Shown here: piece by piece, positions 1 to 11,494 of the stretch
Layout of the letters: every line of letters begins with the position of its first letter
Position numbering within the stretch: position 1 is the stretch's first letter
Assembly (NCBI GenBank): GCA_030390025.1
Contig: CM059432.1
Location: 110,858,001-110,922,000, forward strand
Reading direction: 5' to 3'
DNA length: 64,000 nucleotides
Source: Squalus acanthias
Taxonomy: Eukaryota
The notes under the pieces: model-generated
The model's input: the letters and a program-made list of their open reading frames with translations, nothing else
Told to the model about the DNA's origin: nothing
The model's database searches: none
Made by a program: the position numbers and the translations under genes

Positions 1-240
1 TTGCTTTGTAGTGGGATATATTTCTCCTGGACTCTATTGATCACCGTTTTAAATGTTTCCCACTGCTGTTCTATTTCTATATTTGTCAGTAAATGCTTCC
101 TGTTTACTTTCATTTACTTTTCCTAGTTCCATTCTCATCCCTTTAAAATCAGCTTTTATCCAATGTATTACTTTGGTCTTTATCTTACTTATGTCCTGTC
201 AATCTTTATCTTAAACCTTATTATGTTGTGGTTAACGTTG
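1..240 (-). mobile_element. Degenerate CR1 LINE ORF2 fragment (between endonuclease and RT)
   Basis: Minus strand reads ...WETFKTVINRVQEKYIPLQSK, resembling the WxxFK...Q.xYIP segment of the other CR1 ORF2 copies in the window. Confidence 0.55.
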
Positions 241-2100
241 GTATCTGAATGTACAGAGGGTTCCCTTCTGTTCTTTTTGCAATATAATCTTCATGATCTC
301 ATATCTTCAACCAATAATTCAGGAAGCTTCAAAGTCACCAAATGTTACAACATCCTCAGTATCAAATCATTTATCCGAATGTCCTTGCAAGTTAGATCAC
401 TGCATTTTCTGTTGGATAGAAGGTAATTTTAACCCATCTTTCGTCTTAAATGCTCTTGGAGTTCCTGTGGTTCTTTGCTAACTTACAATCAAATATAGTT
501 TTCACAGCTGGAAGCACACAGGACAAAATTCTGCACTTTTGAAGTACAGTCTGGAATCAAATCACTGACAGGAAGGGGCTGAGAGATGGCTGGGTGCCTT
601 TTGTATGTGGTAGGACAAGCACAGGCAGTGTAAATGATGTAAATAGCTGTAACTACTATCTATACTAGAAAGTTTTCAGCTCATGGTAATACGGCGGTGT
701 TCGAGTCCTGACCCCTGGAGTGTGAAGAGAAAAAACAATGGAATCACATATATTTCACTGCTGCAGAGCTTGGAAATGGCAATTACTCAAACATATATTA
801 CCAGACTATTCCTGATTAGAAACCTACATTCCACAAATCTTCTATCATGGAGACCTGCTCCACGAGCTAACATCTTATCTATTTTCTGCTGATTTGTCTA
901 TTTGTGTCTCATAAGCACTTAACAATCTAGAGCATCTGCTGAGAATGATTAAGTATCACGTTATAATGCATCCATGGGACAGAACAGGCAATATGCAAGA
1001 GAAGTCATATCTTCTCTCCAGAAGGAAGCCAGGAATAAGCATTAATATTTATTTAGCAATAAAGCCTTGCAACAATCAGTAGCAGGTAAAGAAGTCTATT
1101 GCACAGAAGAGGAGCTATTACACTGTTGGATGTATACAATAGGCCACCAAATAGTGGGAAGAAGGCAAAGGAGCAAATTTTCAGAAAGATGCAAGAACAA
1201 TAGAGTAGTGGACTTCAATTATCCTAATATTGACTGGGATAGTAACAGTGTAAAGGGCAAAGAGGGGTGGAATTCCTGAAATGTATACAGGAGAACTTTC
1301 TTGATCAGTGTGTTTCCAGCCCAATGAGGAAGGAAACTGTATCTAGTTCTGGGAATGAATTGGGGCAAGTGGAGCATGTTTCAGTGAGAGAGTATTTGGG
1401 AAACAGTGATCACATTATCATTAGGTTTAGAGTAGTTATGGAACAGGACAAGGAACAAGGGCTAATTTCAGGGCTCAGGTGGATTAAAATCAAAGATCGG
1501 CAGATAAAAAAGTAAATGAGAAATGGGAGGCCTTCAAAAAGGAGCTAGTTCAGGTACAGACTAGACACATTCCCACCAAGGGCATCCAAAGCTATAGCTC
1601 CCTGGGTGACTAAAGGTTAAAAGATTAAAATGAAACAGAGAAAGGACGCTTATGATAAATGTCAGACTCATAGTTCAGTAGAGAGCCAAGCTGAATACAG
1701 AAAGTACAGAGGAAAACTGTAAAAGGAAAAAAGAGGGACAAAGAGAGCAGATTAACAGGCAACATAAAAGGGAACCCAGAAGTCTTTTATAAACATAACT
1801 GATTAGGGACCAAAAAAGCAGATCTTCTTGTGGAGGCATTAGGCATGGCTACGGTACAAAATGAGTACTTTGCATCAATCTTCACTGAAGAGGAAGCTGC
1901 CAATGTCACAGTAAAGGAGCAGTTTGTAGAGAAATTGGATAGAATAAAAATAGATAAAGAGGAGGTACTTAAAAGGTTGGCAACGCTAAAAGTAGAAAAG
2001 TCATCCGGTCCGGATGGAATCCATTCTAGGTTACTGAGGGAAGTAAGGGTGAAAATAGCACAGGCTCTGGCCACAATCTTCCAATCCTCCTTCAATATGA

Positions 2101-2227
2101 TGTGGAGATGCCGGTGTTGGACTGGGGTGGACAAAAGTGAGAAGTCGCACAACACCAGGTTATAGTCCAACAGCTTTATTTGAAATCACAAGCTTTCGGA
2201 GCGCTGCTCCTTCGTCAGGTGAAGTGA
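2101..2227 (-). mobile_element. 127-bp Penelope-like pseudo-LTR insertion with 12-bp target-site duplication
   Basis: CCTTCAATATGA at 2089-2100 and 2228-2239; removing the insert restores the CR1 text. The insert carries a hammerhead core followed by AATAAA on the minus strand, as in Penelope pLTRs. Confidence 0.75.
2186..2222 (-). ncRNA. Minimal type I hammerhead ribozyme
   Basis: Minus strand UCAC-CUGACGA-A-GGAGC(AGC)GCUCC-GAA-AGCU-U-GUGA: conserved CUGANGA and GAAA cores, 5-bp stem II, palindromic AGCU in place of stem III, 4-bp stem I (UCAC/GUGA). Confidence 0.75.
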
Positions 2228-2399
2228 CCTTCAATATGAGAGTGGGGCCAGAGGACTGGAGGATTGCAAATGTTACACCCTTGTTCAAAAGAGGGGAGAG
2301 GGATAAGCCAGGTAACTACAGGCCAGTCAGCCTAACGTCAGTGGTGGGGAAACTTTTAGATGCCCTTCCCTGGCTTGCTGAGCCATTTGTGTTCGGGTT

Positions 2400-2816
2400 G
2401 AAGCACTTTTCCCATTTTTTTAGGTGCAGAAGGGAATTCAGCTTTAAGAGTTGAAGACTTCCATTTGAGAATTCTTTTTAATGTTTTTTTTTCAGAAGGC
2501 AGTTGAGCTCTAAGGGCTAAAAACTGCCTATTTTTACATGATTTTTATTTTTTTCATTTCAGCAGGCAGTTCCCCTTTCTGAAATGACAGCCTTGCTTTA
2601 AGAGAAGGCTGTTCTTGCTGCTATGATGCTTCAGCCACGCTACATTGGGCCTCCTGTCACCACAAAACTCTCCTTGCACGGTGAGTTTAGCGCTGGGCTA
2701 ATGTTCATTCCACCAGCGCCAATATCCCGGTCCTGCCAGCGCCATCAATTTCAGCGGCCGTTAACTCTGGCCCGCAGTGGCACCGTCAGGATTTAGCAAT
2801 CTCGAATTTCTAGCCC
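2400..2816. mobile_element. Truncated Harbinger-type non-autonomous element (one terminus only)
   Basis: Ends in GAATTTCTAGCCC (2804-2816), matching the TIR of the other MITEs, with AGCGC subterminal motifs. Left boundary uncertain. Confidence 0.45.
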
Positions 2817-3302
2817 TATGACTTTTAAGAAGTACATTTTGCTGGGGTTCACTCCTAGCAGAGAGCCTGTGCATGCATCAAAGATAAGGCTATAAATCTA
2901 CAGGGCTAATTCTGAGACCAACACTTCCATCTAGTGAGGCCCTGGGAGTGCTTTATAGCTGCCAGCTGCCCATTTCTTGCCTACAAAATGGGCTGGCCAG
3001 CTGTTGAAAATCAGGGGGGCTGGGGTACCTTGGCCACCCCATTTATGCCCAAGGCCCACCTGATACAGTTTTCAGGCAGGCCTGTAAATGGGCCAGCTGC
3101 TGACCCACCAAAATTCAGCGGGAAGCTGCTTAAATATTGAAGTCAGTTCTATGCCGGTTGTCGGACCCAGATTGCAATTTTCAGGTACAAATGGGCGGAC
3201 CATGCACCACACACACTCTGCCACTTTGCCGCTTTGAGCAGCCCAACAAGCAGTCCTGCTGGAGGCTGCAGAAACGGCTGCAGAAACTGCCAATTTCGGT
3301 CA

Positions 3303-3672
3303 CCTTCAGATTCAATTATTCCAATGCTCTCCTGGCCGACATCCTGATTTCCACTCTCCATAAACCTCAGCTCATCCAAAACACTACTACCTATATCCTA
3401 TCCCACACCTCGTCGCACTCGCCCAGCCCTGCTCCTTCTGACCTACACTGGCTCCTGGCTCCCCAACACCTCCAATTTTAAATTCTCATCTTTGTGTTGA
3501 AATCCATTCAAGGACTTGCCCCCATTATCTCTCTCATCCACCAGCCAAATAACCCCCTCCCCCCAAATTCTTTGTTCCTCTGACACTGCCCTCTTGTGCT
3601 TCCTCTGTTCTTTTGCCGCACATTGGCAGGTGGCCTTCAGCTGCCTCGGTCCCAATCTCTGGAATTCTTTGT
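3303..3672 (+). mobile_element. L2 LINE 3' ORF2 fragment
   Basis: Reads RFNYSNALLA...LHKPQLIQN...LHWL; homologous to the L2 copy at 37368-38505. Confidence 0.75.
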
Positions 3673-4044
3673 GTTCTTGGGATAATACCAATGCTGGCAA
3701 GGCCACATTTATTGCCCAACCTTTCCTCATCTAGTGCAAGTCGCATCTAAAAGGTCATGAAATGGAGCTAATTCCACGTGATAGCCTTGGACCATCTCAT
3801 TTGCAACAGTAGTCATATTAAGTGCAAACCAAGCAAGGATAAAGAGCACGCTAGTGGTATATAAAATTTAAGAGGATGAGGACAATTAAAGGCGAGTATC
3901 GCAATGGAGAGCAAAAGGTTCAGGATCAGAAAGCACCTCATGAGACAGGGGATTAAGAAATGACAGATAAAAATGAACGCAATGGAAACCCCAAGCAGGC
4001 TTGAGGCTGTAGGTGACCAGTTCTGTTACTCGCTGTGCCAGCCC

Positions 4045-4140
4045 TGTTGTGCATAGTAATTGGCTTCATTGGCTGTAAAGCACTTTGGACATCCTAAGGT
4101 CGTGAAAGGAACTATATAAATGCAAGTTCTTTCTTTATTC
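4045..4140 (+). mobile_element. 3' tail of Deu-type tRNA SINE
   Basis: TTCATTGGCTGTAAAGCACTTTGG...GTGAAAGG...AAATGCAAGT matches the 3' end of the SINE at 23581-24037. Confidence 0.65.
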
Positions 4141-5531
4141 CTTTTTAAGAGTTGGTGTCCTTACAGCAGGTAACTCAGATTGACAGCTGCCTCTGCTAAC
4201 CCAGACCCTGTTAAGAAACTTCCCTGAAACCGTTGCCCGCTGACTGGTGACAATGCATGCTGATATGATTGGTGGTATATTGGTGGGTATGGCTATGCAG
4301 GCTTCGTTGGATAATGATCACCCTGCCATGTCTTCATTTATGCAGTGCCACGTAAAGATTGGCATTCTGTGATCAGAATGCTTCTAAAGAACAATCCAAC
4401 ACAATGGTTAGTAAGGCATTCTTACTGCGCCAACACACCTACTGCCTCATCACCTTCTAGAGTCCTTTCCTCTCCTCCCTGCGTCCTTTCTTCGGTCACA
4501 CATCTTCCCTGTCTAATGCTTCTCATTGTCACCACTCTGCACTGCAACATCTTAGAATATTCTGAGGAGGTGAGGTTTGAGGAGAATGTGCAAATTAAAC
4601 ATTTTGATTCTACCATTTGCCTGCTGAGCATTGACTATGTCAAGGAATGGTGTGGGAGCAGGGGAGCCTTAAAAGTGGAAAATAAAAGTACAAAATAAGA
4701 TAGGGGGAGAGGAGAGAAAATGCAGGAAGTTCATTTAGGATAAGGTATATACAGTTAAATTGTATAATCACTGAGCAGGTGTACACTTGAAGCATGTAGA
4801 CCGTAAACTGTAGAATGGACTGTGTCCGACAGAAGGTTCATCGCTATCGGAATAATGACAAAGAAATGGTGAAAATGCTGCAATAAAGCAAACTGCGTTC
4901 ATTATAAAGCACTGCCTCATGTACAGAAACAACATCTCACTATGAAATCACAGCAATCACAACTCCAGAAGTTTGCTGTATATTGTTCTCAATAAATCTG
5001 AAACAAAAGTTTATTTGAATTATCAGAAAAACTATTCATCTATTGAAATAAACCTTCAGTAACTCCCAAAACTACTTCGATTGTTTGCCAATCTGAAGTG
5101 ATAGGGCTTAATCTTTTTGTGAGCTCGCCAAAAATGCAACACTTTTTGTACTTTTCATTTTAAACATGCTCACCAGAAGAATGTGACTGATAAAAAATAT
5201 TGTATCATTAGTTTTCTGTTTCATTATTCTGAAATAAGCTTTTTTTAGCACATTTGCTAAATTAACACCTCTAGTAAAATACAGCAATCTTTAAACCTGC
5301 CTGGCAGAGTTCCATGCCAATTGCTTTCCTGCCCTTTTCATTTTAATTAGTCTGGTGCACTTGCTATCAATCCTGCTCAAAAGACAGATTCCTCGTATCC
5401 AATTCATCTTGCAGCTGTCAAGAAAGCAGACAAGGTCATTTCACAATCGCAATGCAGTAAAGTCTATTTATTTCCTATTGAAGACTAGCTCCTTAAGACC
5501 ATGAATGGCTTTGGGTGTTGTTTGGAGTGTT

Positions 5532-6206
5532 GGGCTAGAAATTGGGTACCTTAGCGCCTCCCATTAGCACCTGCGGGGGGGGCGGTAACGGGGTGCAAAC
5601 GACCTTTTGCCCGGGCGCGGCGAACGTCTCCCGCTAAATTCAGCGGGAGTTTAGCGGCAGCGGTAACCGGTAGCAGCCCGCTCCGCTGCGCAGGCGATGA
5701 CGACGTCATCACCGTGAGCAGAGCTCCGTTTTCGCTCCACCTGCAAAATTGGCCCGTGCCCCCTGAATCTGTGTCGGGGGGCGGGGACGGAGCGGCAGGA
5801 GGCTCGCAGGGCACTAAGTAAAGGGGAGGTGGCTGACGGGGGGAAAAAAAAATCGTCCGACTTACTTGTTGCGGCTCATTGCGTCTTTAAACGCGGGGTC
5901 CGTGCCGCGATCTGGCAGCCCGGCACTCATGTGCCACGCTGCTGGCACGGCACCCTGCTCCCCGGTGGTCCAGGTAGGGCCGAGTTGTGGGCTTTAATGA
6001 GGGGAAGAGCCCTTCCATGCGGCAGCACTACATGGCCCATTGCGTAGTGCTGCAGAGCGCACCGCCCCAATATTCGGGGTTAGCATTCTTGAATTAGCGC
6101 TGCACCTCCCTCTTGGGGCGCTAAAACTGAATTTCGTGGTCGCCGGTGCTAATTAGCGCCGGGCGATGTTAGCGCCCCAAAATGGTCGATACTGAATTTT
6201 TCCCCC
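5532..6206 (-). mobile_element. Harbinger-type MITE, CpG-rich
   Basis: Termini GGGCTAGAAATT and GAATTTTTCCCCC, repeated TAGCGCC motifs; the right end is the reverse complement of the left ends of 10748 and 56496. TSD not clean. Confidence 0.75.
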
Positions 6207-7954
6207 AATGTATTTACAATGTTGCTACACACAGGAACTGGGGGTAAACGTTATGATATAAGGCTCCTTGGCGAATGCTTGGAGTGTCGATCACAAAATC
6301 ACTTACTCCCAGTTCTTGAATTTCTGTCTATTAAGGTCATGGAGGGAAATTGATGGGCTGGCGGATGCTATTCTGTGATATGCTCTCCTGGCACAGGTCA
6401 AGGGGCAGTGCAGCGGAAATCTTTGCTTCTCTCAGTTTCCGTACACTCAGCATCTTGATGCCAGAGGGGCAGATCTTACTGAAGACTAATTATACAGCAC
6501 TTCCACTCCACATTTCGCATCAAATGCAAAGTGGTTTCAGCTTCAGATCGATGTGAACTGTCTGCTGTCATTTGGGTACAAAGTGACCAAATTGCATTTA
6601 GGCAAATGGTGTGACACCACTTCAAGAAACTATCCTCACGCTGGTTCAGCTTCATACCGTCCCCACTGCTAGTAAAAGTGGCCCATTGATCACCTAGGAA
6701 CAGTTTAAATTGTTACCAGATGACCAAAGGGGATAGTTGTTTTCTGTTGATATTAAAATTTAATTGGCATCTGGAAGTCATGGAACAGAGTTCTGGATAT
6801 GCACTGCTAGACTTGCAAGGGAGGGTTATGTATTGCTCACTGTATAAGTGAGGTCCACTGGCCCTATATCAATCTCAGCAGCTACAGGTACCAGTACCTC
6901 TCGTATAACAACATCTTCAAAGTGTCCTAATACGACCACTTCCACATCATTGTGAAGCGATTCAGATGTGCAGGAATGTGAAAGCAGCACTGTAATGTGG
7001 GAATCAGATCCTCATCTGCTCAGAGTGTTAGGGATCTGAGAGTGAGGGTAGAATCCATTTTGTGAGCAAAGAATCAATTTTCTACTAAGACCTAAAGTTA
7101 ACATTTTAGGAACTTTGCAGTCTTCACAGAGGCCACAAAGATCCTGGCCTCGAGCTTAAATAACACACTGATTATATGTAATTCTGAAATTTGTCATGAA
7201 TTCATATAGGCTTAGAGACAACGTATCTGTAGTGCAGCCACAATAGATACATTTCATGCGTTACGTTAACCTAAACACCTGCCTTGACGCCACAGATGTC
7301 AGAGAGAAAGCCTTGGGTGCTGGAACTTGGTGATAAAAACTGCTGAGAACTGCTTAAAGATCATGTGAAATAATGTAATTAGAAAGATATACAAATTGTG
7401 AAATTGTAATGTGAGGTTAAAAGATGAAGCAGGAGGAAGAGATCTCGAAAGTTTAGCTCAATGGCTATAACGTGTGATACTCAACAGCAAAGTATTGGAA
7501 TGTGTTATCTGTGAGTATGTATGTTCATTTAATTCTAGTTTTTAAGTATAGAAGCCTCACGTTGTGATAATACTCCTTGCTACACTCTCATAACATTCAA
7601 AATGAGCAACTTGAGGAGTTCTTTCATCACCCAGCTGAATGCAAGGTTGCTGGGTAATGATGAGGATATGCTGGAAAGGATACAGTGATGCTGCATTCTA
7701 TTTCTTAACTGTATTTCATTCCACCCCGTCCCCCCACCCCCGCTGGCATTAAGGTTCACATGAGCGTTTATGCCAGTTATAATTTATTTTTTCCCTTAGC
7801 ACTATTTCCAGGATGAACAGATTTCTCTATCTGATAAATTTGGAAGAAGAGAAAAAGCAATGGAGAATGCCAGCTTCATGAGAGGGCTTCGAGCCCATCG
7901 GTACCTGCAAGGCTGATAATAAAGTATATCCTAAACTAAACTAAAAACCTAAAC

Positions 7955-8750
7955 TAAACAGTATAATTTTAAAGGGGGTGCTTGACCTGGGGGTTCTCAT
8001 ATGGAAATCTTTGAAGGTGGCAGGACAAATTGATAAGGCTGTTAAAAAAGCATACAGGATCCTGGGCTTTATAAATAGAGACATAGGCGGCAATTTTAAC
8101 CTAATACGCCCCTTGGGAAACTAACGGGATCGGTTGCAATGCTGGTTTTACACCCGGTCCGATTTTACTCTCCATCGAGTGGAGCGTAATATTGAGTGGG
8201 GTGTTAAACCGGTGTTGCACCCAAACCCGTGGGGTTCCTGCCTGGTGAGTTAAGTTACATTTATCCCCATAGAGTACAAAAGCAAGCAATTTATGTTAAA
8301 CTTTTACAAATCACTGGTTAGGCTTCAGCTAGAGTATTGTGTTCAATTCTGGGCATCACACTTTAGGAAGGATGTCAAGGCCTCAGAGAGGGTGCAGAGG
8401 AGATTTACTAGAATAGTGCCAAAGATGAGGGACTTCAGTTATGTGGAGAGACTGGAGAAGATGGGATTGTTCTCCTTAGAGTAGAGAATGCTAAAGCGAG
8501 ATTCAGCAGAGGTGTGTGTCCACACGCAGAAGGGACGGTAACCAAAGGACACAGATTTAAGATAATTCGCAAAAGAACCAGAGGAGAAATGTTTTTATGT
8601 GGCGAGTTGTTAGTATCTGGAATCCACTACCTGAAAGGGTGGTGGAAACAGATTCAATAATAATTTTCAAAAGGGAATTGGATAAATACTTGTAAAAAAG
8701 GAAAAATTTGTAGGGCTGTGGGGAAAGAGCGGGGGAGTGGGACTAAATGG
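7955..8750 (+). mobile_element. CR1 LINE 3' fragment (RT C-terminus and 3'UTR); tail continues at about 14510-14573
   Basis: LGFINR.IEYKS...LEYCVQFW...FRKDVKA.ERVQRRFTR. The 3'UTR is broken by CR1 copy A, and the GGGCTGAATGGCCTCC...CTATG tail resumes after 14510. Confidence 0.85.
8086..8268. mobile_element. 183-bp Harbinger-type MITE inside CR1, TSD ATA
   Basis: ATA at 8083-8085 and 8269-8271; imperfect TIRs GGCGGCAATTTTAAC and GTTACATTTATCCCC. Removal restores CR1 ATAAATAGAGAC-ATA-GAGTACAAAAGC. Confidence 0.8.
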
Positions 8751-9260
8751 GGAGCAGACAAGCGTTTCTGCGGCCGCAGACGTGACTCCAGGATGGTATG
8801 TTGCCTCCCTGGTGCCAGGGTCAAGGATGTCACTGAGTGGCTTCAGGACACTCTGAGGGGGGAGGGTGAATAGCCAGAGGTCGTTGTCCATATCGGTACC
8901 AACGACATAGGCAGAAAGAGGGATGAGGTCCTGCAGGCAGAGTTTAGGGAGCTAGGAGAGAGATTAAAAAGCAGGACATCAAAGGTAGTAATCTCCGGAT
9001 TAATCCTGGTGCCATGTGCTAGTGAGTACAGTAATAGGAGGATAGAACAGATGAATGCGTGGCTGGAGAGATGGTGCAGGAGGGAGGACTTTAGATTCCT
9101 GAGGCATTGGGACTGTTTCTGGGGAAGGTGGGACCTGTACAAGCCGGACGGGTTACACCTCAACAGAGCTGGGACCAATATTCTTGCGAGGAGGTTTGCT
9201 AGTGCTGTTGGGGAGGGTTTAAACGAGCTTGGCAGGAGGATAGGCACCAGCATATAGGAA

Positions 9261-10260
9261 ACGACGCTTGCGTCTGCGCTCACTCGGAGGTCGAACTCCT
9301 AACCATCGTCAACACCTTCACCGAAGCGTATGAGACCATGGGCTTTACACTAAACATCCGTAAGAAAAAGGTCCTCTACCAACCTACCCCCGCCACACAG
9401 CACTGCCCCCCGATTATCAAAATCCACGACAAGGCCTTGGACAACGTGGACCACTTTCCATACCTTGGGAGCCTACTATCAACAAGGGCAGACGTCGATG
9501 ACGAAGTCCAACACCGTCTTCAGTGTGCAAGTGCAGCCATCGGTCGCCTGAGGAAGAGAGTGTTTGAAGACCTGGACCTCAAACCCGGCACTAAGCTCAT
9601 GGTCTACAGAGCAGCAGTGATACCCGTCATGCTGTATGCCTCAGAGACATGGACCATGTACAGCAGGCACCTCAAAGCACTGGAGAGGTACCACCAACGC
9701 TGCGCCTCCACAAGATCCTGCAAATCCATTGGCAGGATAGGTGCACCAACGTCAGTGTTCTCGCTCAGGCCAACATCCCCAGCATTGAAGCTTTGACCAC
9801 GCTCGATCAGCTCCGATGGACGGGTCACATTGTCCGCATGCCCGATACAAGACTCCCAAAACAAGCGCTCTACTCGGAGCTCCAACACGGCAAGAGAGCT
9901 CCAGGTGGGCAGAGGAAACGCTTCAAGGGCATCCTCAAAGCCTCCTTGAAAAAGTGCAACATCCCCACTGACATCTGGGAATCCCTGGCCCAAGACCGCA
10001 CAAAGTGGAGGAGAAGCATCTGCGAAGGCTCCGAACACCTCGAGTCTCTTCGCCGGGAGCAAGCGGAAGCCAAGCGCATAGCAGCGGAAGGAGCGCACTT
10101 CAACCCAAGCACCCCACCCACCCGTCCCTTCAACCACCGTCTGCCCCACCTGTGACAGAGACTGTCGGTCCCGCATTGGACTCATCAGTCACCTGAGAAC
10201 TCATTTTTAATATGGAAGTGCGTCATCCTCGGTTCCGAGGGACTGCCTAAGAAGAAGAAG
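9261..10260 (+). mobile_element. 5'-truncated RTE-clade LINE inserted in CR1 copy A
   Basis: Begins at the RT (YA)DD motif; FPYLGS, TKLMVYRAAV, LYASETW, QLRWTGHIVRM...RLPKQ; C-terminal CPTC...HLRTH zinc finger; (AAG)n tail; frameshifted. Confidence 0.9.
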
Positions 10261-10747
10261 GAACTAGAGAAGAAAGTACTAAAGGCGGAAGTAGTACCAT
10301 ATTAGATAGGAGCAGACTAAGAAAGACTGCGAAAAATTCAAAAATGGGGTTTAGAATGCATGTACGTAAATGCACAAAGAGTGGTGAATAAGGTTGGTGA
10401 GCTACAAGCACAATTAGCCATGTGGCAATATGATGTTGTGGCAATAACAAAAATGTGGCTTAAAAACGGTGAGGACTGGGCACTTAATATTCAAGGGTAC
10501 AAGGTGTTCAGAAAAGATAGGGAAGGAAAAAAGGGAGGTGGGGTGGCAGTGCTGATTAAGGAAGACATTGTAGTGTTGGAAAGGGAGGATGTTCTTGAGG
10601 GGACAAGGACAGAATCCATTTGGTTAGAGTTGAGGAGCAAAAAGGGAATGATCACGTTATTGGGGGTATTCTATAGGCCTCCAAATAGTGAGAGGGAGGT
10701 AGAGGAACAAATCTGCAGGGAAATCGCAGAGATATGCAAGAGCTATA

Positions 10748-11494
10748 GGGCTAAAAATTCAGTTTTGCCCCATTTGGGGCGTTAACCTCGCCGGGGCGCT
10801 ACGTTTAGCGCCCCGAAAAAATTAGCGCCCCCGCGCCGGAACTTCAGTGGTTGCGCCCCAAGAGGGAAGCAGGGCGCTACTGGAAGCACCCCGCATCCCT
10901 CTTGGGGCGCTGCGAGGGAATATCGGCGCTGCGGCACGTCGCGCCGCGGTATTGCAGGCCTTCCTCCCCTTCTTAAAGGGGAGGGGCCCTGCGCAGCGCG
11001 AACCGGGGCCCAGCTGGGCCCCCAGGGATCGGGAGTGCCGGCAAAAGAGCCCGGCACTCAAGAGAAGTGCCGGGCTCTTGGAGCGCAGCCGGCACTCCAC
11101 GGGGGGGCTGCTCAGGAGGCCGGAGACGGCAACAGGGGCAGGTGCTGGCAGGCGGCCAGCAACAAAAATGGCCGCCTGCCACCTCCCCTTTAAATATCGC
11201 CACCCCGGCCGCACGTACGCCCCCCTGAACCCGTCGGACATAGCGTCTGGCGGTAAATCAGGGGGCGCGTCCAAAGATCCCGGCCGGGGCGCGAGCGGGG
11301 TGCTGCGCACGGCGATGACGTCATCGCTGGCGGCGCAGCGGCGTGGGGCGCTACCGGCTGGCGCCGCCGCTAACCTCCCGCTGAATTTTGTGGGAGGCGT
11401 GGGCGGCGCTGCGCCTGGGCGCTAGCTGCTTTGCGCCCCATTAGCACCCTCTTAAGGCACTAACGGGAGGCGCAAGCAACCGAATTTTTAGCCC
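10748..11494 (+). mobile_element. Harbinger-type MITE (747 bp), TSD ATA
   Basis: Perfect 13-bp TIR GGGCTAAAAATTC; ATA at 10745-10747 and 11495-11497. The empty site (CT-ATA-GAG) is visible in CR1 copy B near 54203. Confidence 0.95.

Larger units (their letters stand above)
1130..2360 (+). mobile_element. CR1 LINE ORF2 fragment (end of endonuclease to start of RT), decayed; interrupted at 2101-2227
   Basis: Motifs DFNYPNIDW, FLKCIQENFLDQ, SDH, NEYFASIFT, KSSGPDGIH, PEDWRIANVTPLFK and NYRPVSLTSVVGK across broken frames. Confidence 0.9.

Noticed and set aside
487..550. Possible minus-strand micro-exon (AG...GTAAGT) encoding TVLQKCRILSCVLPAVKTIFD
   Set aside because: Too short, no partner exons found, and no confident homology.
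10782..11425. Long ORFs (up to 192 aa) on both strands of the GC-rich MITE, also at 21791-22343, 5551-6047 and 14155-14532
   Set aside because: Low-complexity Ala/Arg/Gly/Pro products expected from high GC; the 192-aa frame is stopped early in the second copy; no domain motifs.
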